64,000 nucleotides of DNA, taken from Nymphaea colorata. Lineage: Eukaryota. The position numbers were made by a program, and so were the translations under genes. Positions within the stretch are counted from its first letter, which is position 1. Every line of letters begins with the position of its first letter. The notes beneath the pieces were generated by a model. It made no database searches, had not been told where the DNA came from, and saw only the letters and a program-made list of their open reading frames with translations. Positions 54,201 through 64,000 of this stretch are shown one piece after another. The stretch covers positions 31,868,001-31,932,000 of the forward strand of contig NC_045138.2 of the NCBI RefSeq assembly GCF_008831285.2, given 5' to 3'.

Positions 54201-57200
54201 TTAACCAAAAAATTGTCTAGTTAATTTCTACATTGTTAATCAAATGCGATTGATCTTCTAAATAACTTACAAAATTTACTAATAAGAGCAAAGTTTTCAG
54301 ACAAAAAATCTGTAATTAATTCACACTGTACTAGTAACCAACTGCTATGAAAAATTAATGGATTTTTTTTCCTAATGCTTGTCTTTTAAATTGAAGGGAG
54401 AATTTGGTTATCTCATCAGAACGGATCTAGAGATATTTAGTTTTATAAACCCATAAATTAAAGATCAGACTGTCCTCCCATTAGAACTTAGATCAGAACA
54501 TTTGAGCAATGAAAAATAGCAAAGTGAGGGTCTTAACTGTGGATCTTAATTCTGCACAGTCTTATAAACCACGGATTTGATGTGAATCTCTTGCCACATC
54601 AGCTCCATAAATTCAAGATTCTTTGCTTTTAAGCACAAACCCTAAGGGCCCAAATAATAGAAATCTAATGTTGCTCATACAAATGATGCTAAAATTGAAT
54701 TAAATCGGCTTATATGAATTGAATCGCCACTGAACTGATTTGATCCAAACCCCAGATTTTGAGGTTCTAAAAATTGTCCCATTGAGATGTATCCATCAAA
54801 ATTGGTGCAGAATAGACTGCTTCCTTCTAATCAGCCAATTTTATTCCTCCATTTCAGAGTTTAGTCAAACACTTCTGATCCATTGTATACAAAAGAAACC
54901 CTGACAGTTAATGTTCTGAGCATAGTTAATTTCCAATCTTGTTTTATAAGGCCAATGCCACACAGACCAGATGCTAGATATTGAGTCTCAGATGCCGATA
55001 TTTCTTGGTTTTCTTCTTCCACCATTTTCTTTTTGTTTTGTCCATGTTGTTTTCGGTTGGTGTTCGCAGTGTGTGAATTGGCTTCACGACAGCGCTTCAG
55101 TTTTGTTACCCCTTTTCCTTTGGAAGAGGGACACCTTAGTTGTTTTTTTATGATTTCATGTTTTCTGTTGTTTTCTCTTTACAGAAGAAAATCTGATTTG
55201 AACAACATTTATATGTCACATTTCCCCTACAGTTTTTGCTTTTTTATGTTTACTTAGGGGAAACTGCCTTTGGTGTAAAACCTCCAAGGCCATGCCCTTA
55301 CACCTCCAAGGTTTTGGCTTCCTTTGGGGCCTGGGTAGTGGAATGTTTCCCCTATAGCCCAACCTCAAAATCCATGTGGGAGAAGCATATTGCTGATGAT
55401 GACTTTTTTTCTCAGCTCACTTTTTCCTTTTTGGATATATTATGATGGTTTTTGAGCCTTGGCAAGTTCCACCAAAGGAGTTATAATGTCATTCGTTTGG
55501 TTCCAGATCTCTTGAGGCAATTGAGGACTTTTAATGCTATTTACTTGAACTTCAACATACTAAGTTGCCCCAGCATTAATATGAACTTTTTAAATTAAGC
55601 TTCCTAATCTCATTAGCTTCTGTATCGTGTATCTGTAGTATGAGTAGAAACACCGTTCCTTAGAGTTAAGGCAACCATACTTGTGTTGCAGATACTCAAG
55701 TGTTATTTATGTTCATTTTATCTTTTATCATGTTTTTGTTTTTCATATTTTCGAGTAAAAACATAAATTTATATTCAATCCCATTTTATAACAATTCTAA
55801 TTTGATTTGCCTCTGAATTCATAGAATCTTTTTGGACGTGCACAATTTTCCTTTTTCCCTGTCATAGTTGGAAAAACATTGTTATTTAGTTTATTTGTAT
55901 TCTGAACTTTATTTGGACGTGACTAAGGCTTATGCATTGTTTATAAAAATGCTTCATTACATCGCAAGCCTTTAAAATTCTTGTTAGTAGGCAAATCATT
56001 CACCTAGCTTAAAGACTAATAAACAATTCAAAGAAGTTCTACAATGGCAAAAGTTAATTTCCCTAGGGCCACTATCTTGCAAGTTTCTAGCCTTTCAGAT
56101 GTTCTAAGAAGAAAAAACAGTTTAGGTTGCATACCTCATACTGATTAATGTCGTTCAAGGATTTTAAAACAATGAACAAGGGCACAAAACTTCAAAACGA
56201 ATATACAATCATATGCCAAAGGGAGATGCTAACAGGACCTGGACACCATATCCTTGACATGTTGTGCAACCTCTAGGATAACTCCATAGCCTACTTGCTG
56301 GACAGCACAAAGCCAAAGACCTACATACAACAACATGTTCTTATTTTACAGCAGCACAAACCTCTTTGAGGGCAAGAAGGTGCACAGCGGCAGCAGTGTT
56401 TCCACTTGTAGATGGAGAGAGGACGTTAACTAGCTTTCTCTGGATCACCTGCAACTTGGTAATACCAGTATATTACTCCAAAACATAGTAAAAAATATCT
56501 CAAATAATTTGAAATTATCCCAACATCATCACACTACTTTGCAGCCACCCAACAATATCAGCAAAATACCTCAATATTTGGTGTTTTTTTCAGTATCTAG
56601 TGTTTTCCACCTAATTGAAGACTTCACCTGTCTACAAGTACCCTCCCCATTTACCTTTTCAAGTTACAGAATTCTGGTATAGAAGTTTCATCTGCAGCAT
56701 ATATGTCAATAAATTCATGACACATTATAATATGAATAGAAGACATACTAGGTCATCTTTTCAGTTTTATTATTAGGAAGCCTTCAACTGTGTGCATCTT
56801 AAACATGAAATAAACACATGTTAAACAAAAAGAAAAAATTTTACCCCAGCGCGTGCCAAGCATGGACCGCTGGTACTTTATTTATACCCTCAAGCCTCAA
56901 ACAGTCTCCCCACTGTGTGTCCTTCAGATTGTTTTTTGTGAAATCTTTGGGAGTGGGCACACTACAACCCTCCCACATCTCACCATGGCTACAGATTTTA
57001 TTGCCTGGTCCAGAAAGGGAGTCCTAGCAAGTTTCTCCATATGTTCTCTATAATGCCGTAACATCTTTCATCTGTATGATTGATTAATTTTCCTAAAGCT
57101 TTGGCTTTTCTGTTTTAAGGTATTGGAAAGAAAGAAAAATTGTTTTATCGGATTTTCAGGATAATAGGCAAGTGAACAGGATCTTTTCTTTCTTTTTTTT

Positions 57201-60200
57201 GTTGTGTTTTGACCCTTTTTAAGTTGTCAGTAATTTTATTTGTGCTTTAAGATTTTGCCAGGAATTGGAATTTGTGTGTCATAGAGCTGACATCTCGTTA
57301 GTGTCTAGCATTATAGCTGCATTTATTTGAAGTGTTAAAATCTTCATGCATCGGTAATTACTATCTTGTTGCTAAATTGTGTTGAATAGGTGCCATTTCT
57401 GTGTACCTTTATGCCTTTTGAGAGAGTCAGTTAGCGGGTAACTGTGAAAAACAGAAAAATATATATTGTAAAGTTGCAATGGTTCATTGTGGTCTTATTT
57501 TGCATTACAAATGATAATAGTCTGTATTAGGGTATCAGATATAATAAGGGTGTCTTTGGGTCGGGACCATCACTGAGGATCCATTTCTGTCAGCCCATAT
57601 ATAAGGCTGGGTGTAATACACTCAGACTTGTGATTTTCTGGTTAATGAAGAATTAGGGAAGGATAACCCCAATTTGTGTGTGTGAGTCTCTCTTAGTGCT
57701 TGGTGTGAACTACTTTGGCATGTAGCGCCTACCACAAAGTCAGCTTGAGGTATCAACCATTCAAGCCTTTAATCATTCTTTTATGTAATATATCTCCTTT
57801 AGTAACTTCTGCAGCATATTGGGCTGATATGATGCCACTAGCATATGATCCATCAGTGAGGTCCATTCCTGTTTTATACTTGTTTCCCTTTTGATATTTA
57901 TTGTTTTAAATGTCCTTTTTTGTACATCTGACATTTTTGTTATTCAACAGTTGGTTGAATATTTGAAAAAGAAACCAAGTAGCTGAAGGTCTTATACACT
58001 TGTGGTTTCTTTAGGCTTCTTATACAGAAAGTATTCAGTTGGTCTTGAACATCTCATGCACTTCCTCAGACTTTCTAGAAGATAAAAGAAGTTGCTTTAG
58101 GTATATCTGCTTTCTGTGATTGATTTTGAAGTCATCACCTCTTCATGGCGGTTTGTACTGGTCCAGCTAATCAGACGCCAAAAACTTGCATAAGCAGTCC
58201 AGATGCAAATATAATGTATATGATTAACAGATATAGGGAGAAAAATATTGGGCCTCATTCAAAGAGAACTATAATTTTTATATCTCAAAATTATATGCAA
58301 TTTTGTGCAACTAACCTATGATTTCTTATCATTATTTATCAAGTCTTTATGTTTGCATTGGGAAATCATTTGAACACTACAAAAATATTCTTTCTACCAG
58401 AAATAGGTGATGTAAGTGGTTCTATTCTTATCATATATATTCATGTTTTCTGCCTTTGCTTTTAAATAACATTATTCCCCGGGCAAAGCGATGAGAGTAT
58501 TCCTTTTCCCCTGAACAAGTAGCATTAAGGGGTGCAAGGGGGAACGTATGTGTGTGTGTCAACTACGTGCATGTATTATCTATATAATGGCTTCATTAGA
58601 GGCCCAAGAAAATGCTTACAGAAGAAGCACCGCCTCTGGTCTTGGCCTGTTCAGCAGTTTCAATCTGCTCCATTCTTCCAACTTTATACCTTCAGAACAC
58701 ACAAAAGCTAGTAAAAGTCACATTCTTGACTGAAGAAGGCACTGAACAAATGCAATATAAAAAAAATAAAAACAGAAGTATACAAGAAAATCTTTGAAAG
58801 AATGTGTCTCGTAAAGGTAATCATCTTAGCCCAATGATCATCATGGCACCACCACCCAATCCAAAATGCACGTAGGCATAGCAAAAGCAATTATGCATTG
58901 CATCTCAATTATAAAAAACATGAAACCTAAAAGCCTACTATTTCCTTCCAAAGGTACTTCATTTTTACTCAGGTACAATACACTAGAATGTTCCTGGAAC
59001 AACATTAGATGTTTAATGTTTTTTATGCATGCTGCACACCTGAACATGGTAACACCAACATTAACCCAATAAACTAGAGAAGTATTTCAAGCCTTAAGAA
59101 TCCCTTGACAGGTACAATGTTTTCAAAGAAATACCAAAACAAGAAAATGAGAATCTGTAAAATTTTTAGGATGACAATTTGCGATACGTTTAGAATGAAG
59201 TTTGGTGCTAGAGTACATCCATCTTGCAACTGCAATTGAACAAGATTGCTGGCAGTGTTTAGACAGAGCCTTACCCTCGAGCAAGCAGCTTTTCAACAGC
59301 ACTATCAATTCCACTCTCAGAAATACCAACCTGGTCAAGCAGATAAGCAAAGAACATCATTATATGAGGCAAGGCTTAGCAAGAAATAAAAGCTAAACAG
59401 CAGGAAAATAACACTTGAATAGAAACATCAGTCCAGCAAAACATTGGTTGCCTTAAGTGGATGAGTGGTGGATGTTCTTCATTTTCTGCTATATTTATGC
59501 TGGATTTTGAAAAGTACAAACCTAAGTAACATAGACACTTCATTTCTGCACCATGGACACCTCATTCATGTGCCCATGCCATGTCAACACAACCTAAGTG
59601 TGGCATTGGGCACATTCAACACATGTCGTATGAGGACACTTTTGCCCTAATCCCAATACACACTCGACTCACATCAACAGCGAGACACGTGCAGTCAGAC
59701 CTCATTGGACTAAAACCATCCTTTTTTAAGTTTTTAAAAGTTAAAATAAAAAGAGTGAAAAGGTATTGAACCCTTGTCTTGTGCTCCATTTGCCTTCATT
59801 GCCAGGCTGCACCAGAGCTCCTCTCTTCAGCAATGAGCTGCTGGCAACATCCTCTCTCTCTCTCTAAATACTATCTGTCTCTCCAGCAACCTGAAATGGT
59901 GCTGCCATTTTCCTCCTTGATTTTCTCTCTCTAACGCTTGGGCACCTCTTTTTCATCTCAATATTGATATAATGAAAAATAGATATCCTTAATTTCTTTC
60001 TACATTGATTTATGTGTTGATCTTCTCAACAAATCGAAGTTTGCTGTCTAATAAAAGTAGCAGGTTGCATATATGTTTTCAGCTCTGATTACTAAATGCT
60101 CCCTTTTCTGTTTATACATAATATATATGTATTTAACTGTTGACATTGGTTATAAATTATACAGTTATATATACTTAATGCTTGTCTGTTACTGTTGCAT

Positions 60201-62805
60201 AGTTTGCAGTCATTGAGATGGATCGGTCAGTGCTTGTTAATGCATATCTACTCATTAGATAAACTATAAAATCTGTATGTCATGCATATTTATTTATTTT
60301 TATACCAATTTTATCTAATCAGATTAAGTGTTTTTTGTCTTGATTAATAATATTATTGTCTATCGATTAGTAGACTAGCTGTTCTGGATCTTGATTAATA
60401 ATATTATCTGATTAAATCGAAGCTTCATTAATCATTAATTACTATTAAATTATTAACCTTTTTTAGGTTTACCTAAGTTATATTTCTGTTGTATATAATA
60501 CAGGATTATTTTAGGGTTTCAGCAAATAAGGTCTAAAAGTCTGGAAAGCTCAAAACCTATAACAGATTACAGATTATGTATATAATATAAAATTAAATAT
60601 TTTTGTTATAATCTTTTAGGCTTGTGTGTATATTTGTTTCGAAGTTGTACACAAAGCTGTTAAATTTGAAGGTAGAAATTGCAATATGGCCCATAAGAGA
60701 AGAAAAACAGCTTATTTCAGACTATATTGCAGGATCTTCCTCTGATGTGAACATCAGTGCTTCAAGGCCTTCTCCAAACCTGGTATGTGCATGTAACTTA
60801 AGAACAACCATTGTGGAATGAAAATAAGTGAGGAATTAAAAGATGTATCTGGTGCTTGTGGAAATATGCACTTCATTTGTAGTTTTTGTGAGCTTTCATT
60901 TGTTGGAACTTATATAAGAGTAAAATCACATCTATTCACATTGCCACGTTATGGAACTTGAAAATGTAAAAGCATTCATGCAGAAAGTTCATGAATTCAA
61001 GAAGTTTCAAGAACATGGAGATCAGATTCAAATAAATAGATTGGACCAACCAAGTGAAACAAACATTCATGTCCCTTAAGAATGCTGTTGTTCACAAGAA
61101 ACGAAAGACAGGTGTGATGGGTTAAAACACCAGACACATGTTAGAGTACTTGCGAACAAACAGAAATTAATTGAAAGGTAAGAAAATTCTTCTTCTCCAA
61201 TTGCAGTTCTAATATAGCAAGAAATCCTTATTGGAAATATTCATTAACATCACTTATCCAGATTATCTAGATATGTGCCTCCAAGTTTAGAAAGACTGTG
61301 AACATCAATTTTTGAAGATGAGAATAATGTTGAAGAAAAGTTTGACTTCACAAAAGTATGTGTGGGATTCAACTAGTGTATCAACTGTTTCTGATGAGTG
61401 GAGAGTTCTTAAAAGGCATCCACTAATTAATTATATATTGTCATTACATGTGATGAGCCTGTTTTCCTATGACTGTTAAGAGTGGAGAAGTACAGACTCT
61501 TGTGTAACAAAAAGCAAGAAAGCAGGAACAGGCTGAGGCAATTAATTGACTACATATTGCAAGCAGCAGTTTCCAAGCATGAATTCGTATAAAACATATC
61601 AAAATCTAGAAACAGTCAAATCACATGGCAGATACCTGTTTACATTTACCCACGCCACTTTCTGTTATTTTCCATTCAAGCTCTTTATGCCCAATATCTG
61701 CATCTAACTCATAAAGCTCATAAAATTTTCCCTGATCCATGCAGTCCACTGTTAGATAAGAATGTACTAAGCTTTCAGGATGAGAACTAAGAGTATGATT
61801 TCAATATTTTCAGAGCAAACCAAAGTACACTGCATGTAAAAGGTAAAGGAATTAAAAAATAAGCATGAGTTTGAAAGATAGTCCTGTTTTTAGTATAATC
61901 ACATTCCGCAACTGTGGCTAGACCCTTTTTTCCTTTACTTGAAAGAAATTGCTACTTTCTGAATCTGAATATATCACAGGAAATGTTATTCAAACGGCAT
62001 GAACCACAAGGAAGCCATGGTAAGAAAAGTCTAAAAAATAAAATTTTCCAGTTAATAATATCCTCCAAAATTTTAAAAATATATCCCAATATATCAACAT
62101 TCTAGGGCCACCCAAATCCTAATAATATCACGATATATCTATTTGTCTCTGTGTGTGTCTCATAACGGAGGATCCTGCGGCCAATAAATCTTTCACTATT
62201 CCCACCTAGAAAAATCATACTTCTGTTTTATCTTTTTTCTAAAACCAGCAATGAAGATATGTTTTTTGAGGTCTTTTGAGTCTTTGACCTACAAATGATT
62301 CTTCATTAGATGCTTAATTAAACCATGGAATTACTACCTAAAGGGGAACCCCACTGCTAGGAAAAGCATTTCAAAAACAGAAGAGACGGAAGGTTGGGAA
62401 AACTCATTTCTTGTTTGTGAGAAACTCATCTCACTTAGAATGGAAACTAGCTTCCCAAGATAACTTGCTTTTGCTTCATCATACAATTTTTCAATGTTCT
62501 AATACTTTTCTTAAATAAATTTTGGTTTTTTATGATACTACATATGACATTGTATTTTTTTATTAACATTTACTTTTATTTAATTTTTTCATGTTTTTTC
62601 TATTTATTTGGACTATTTATGCTGTTATTTTCACTTATGATCTATAATTGTTTTATAAACATATCTTGCTTCGCTCTTTCTTTCAGGCTTGTTTCCTTGT
62701 TACCGCTTCCATGTATATATTTGATATTTTGGTAAATATGGTTTAAAGATTCGTATAGAACTTGTAAAAATTTGAATATCAACAGTCCTCTCACCCTCCA
62801 CCACA

Positions 62806-62853
<48 letters not shown>

Positions 62854-64000
62854 TGTCTACACATTTAAAAAAGTTTATATACGAGTCTAAGTCATATCCT
62901 AAGTTAATGACTATGGGGAGAACGTCCATACAATTAGTTTCTGGGAAGGTTCGAGACAGGTGGGACCACTCATTTGACATTCACAAGGTGCATCAACCCC
63001 CATTTCCTTCTCAGTCTTTTATCCAAGGGCAGTTTGAGAAAGAAGAGAAGCTCACATAACACGAACTTCAGCAGCTATACGGTAAAAAGAGCATGCTATG
63101 CAGCTAAACAGATCGCCAAAAGGTTAATGGTAGGGTCATACTAATTTGTGGCATAAAAGACAACACTTACCACTTTAAAGAAAATTATTACGTCCATGTA
63201 CTGACTTTTCAGTGACCAGTATTGTCTCTGTGTAGTTGACATTTTCTTAAGAGCATCAGGAGGAATATGCAATGTCCTTTTGTCATAAAGAGGATCGCCT
63301 GGTCTTCTTCCGTTAGCATCCCTTATGGAAGAAGCGTTAAGCCATTCATACTTAGTACCAAAGTCTCCCTTTTCTTCTTTCTTCCCTTTTTCTTCGACCA
63401 TGGATTCTCTAGCGGGTTTTTGCCGTTTAAAAAAATCCGATGGATGGGAATTCAACATGTCCTTCGGCTTAGATTCATCTTGGATTCGCTTTAGGCGAGG
63501 AACAAAAGGTCGCGTAGATGGTGTTTCTGGACCTAAAGTATTAGGTTCGATTTCTACATGAGAAATAACACTGCCGCTGTTACCAAAGAAGCGAGAGGCA
63601 GCAGCTTTATGTAGATTGCTTGAAGGCTGCTCGATGGAACCTATATTCTTTTCCACTTTTGTGCCGGAGAGCTTGTGATAACTAACAGGTTGTACATTGG
63701 ACAAACTGCAAAACAGGAAGCACTAAAATCAGAGACAGCATATTTCAAATCTGGACTGCCTATACAAGCTTAGGCTTCAGAAGGATGCTGCACCAAAAGT
63801 TGATCATTAAACCCCTATGACAATTCTATGAGTATTTTCCTCCGATAACTCAATAAACCCTCTCACGAATCCATGTTGCAGTGATGAATAGTTGCTTTTA
63901 AACGTATGCATATTACTTCGATAAATAATAGCACCAAAAAAAATGAGGAAAAATGTTCGTCCCTTCAACCCTAGGCTTGTCGCTTGCATACCTCTCGGCA
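45288..64000 (-). CDS. MSH7: DNA mismatch repair protein MSH7 (MutS-gamma subunit); 5' end outside the window
   Basis: Exons: >64000-63992, 63705-63171, 61731-61636, 59330-59275, 58689-58620, 56448-56362, 54018-53884, 53803-53770, 53270-53223, 52328-52129, 52048-51922, 50782-50505, 48361-48170, 47892-47479, 47378-47282, 46683-46556, 45761-45288. Motifs [25 protein letters not shown], Walker [10 protein letters not shown], Walker [13 protein letters not shown] and LFATHYH. The short core/clamp region is typical of MSH7 rather than MSH6. Confidence 0.95.
48940..49790 (+). mobile_element. Highly degenerate Copia RT/RNase H remnant in an MSH7 intron
   Basis: Fragments [17 protein letters not shown] and [18 protein letters not shown]; 42-bp tandem duplication at 49454-49537. 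Confidence 0.85.
52665..52764 (+). pseudogene. psbA: Nuclear plastid DNA insertion (NUPT): psbA fragment
   Basis: GTAGATATTAATGGTATT...CCTGTTTCTGGCTCTATACTTTATGGAAATAATATTATTTCTGGTGCCATTGCTCCTACTTCT corresponds to D1 protein [29 protein letters not shown], with a small deletion and substitutions. Confidence 0.9.
52826..52922 (+). pseudogene. ndhB: Nuclear plastid DNA insertion (NUPT): ndhB fragment
   Basis: Translates as [29 protein letters not shown], matching Ndh[30 protein letters not shown]. Confidence 0.9.
57380..57949 (+). mobile_element. LTR-like remnant (~570 bp) in an MSH7 intron
   Basis: Perfect 9-bp terminal inverted repeat TGTTGAATA / TATTCAACA and an internal TATATAAG near 57598; no convincing TSD. 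Confidence 0.55.
59522..61490 (+). mobile_element. Decayed hAT transposon with a BED-finger/DUF659-type transposase remnant
   Basis: 5' end CTAAGTAACATAGACACTTCA resembles the 23959 element. BED-like [25 protein letters not shown] at 60860-60934 and [21 protein letters not shown] at 61375-61437. No 3' TIR found. Confidence 0.75.
62808..62852. repeat. (TA)n microsatellite
   Basis: Directly visible. Confidence 0.95.

Noticed and set aside
45288..64000. Assignment as MSH6
   Set aside because: The long clamp/lever segment of MSH6 is missing between the LERLLG region and the ATPase domain, which is characteristic of MSH7.

Overview
Plant nuclear DNA; the repeat landscape is compatible with an early-diverging angiosperm such as a water lily, but that is inference only. 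The window holds three intron-rich host genes. (1) The 5' part of a ZFYVE26/SPG15 (spastizin)-like gene on the minus strand, 9 coding exons from 27696 to 6866, continuing past the left edge. (2) A complete plastid aspartate carbamoyltransferase gene (PYRB) on the plus strand, 38725-43354, apparently with a long multi-exon 5' leader. (3) Most of the mismatch-repair gene MSH7 on the minus strand, 45288 to beyond 64000. Introns and intergenic DNA are full of mobile elements: a young full-length Ty1/Copia element (9430-14591; 295-bp LTRs with 4 differences; GTTTC target-site duplication (TSD)), a second decayed Copia element (1-3991), a 2.9-kb Gypsy-type solo LTR (34977-37925), smaller solo LTRs, hAT elements and MITEs, and microsatellites. 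The least expected items are a cryptic four-exon decayed gene with unusually short (63-67 nt) introns between the PYRB and MSH7 3' ends, a psbA+ndhB mosaic plastid insertion in an MSH7 intron, and a conserved ~293-nt gag intron in both Copia elements that leaves the younger one able to encode an intact spliced Gag. No clearly new biological system is demonstrated from the sequence alone.
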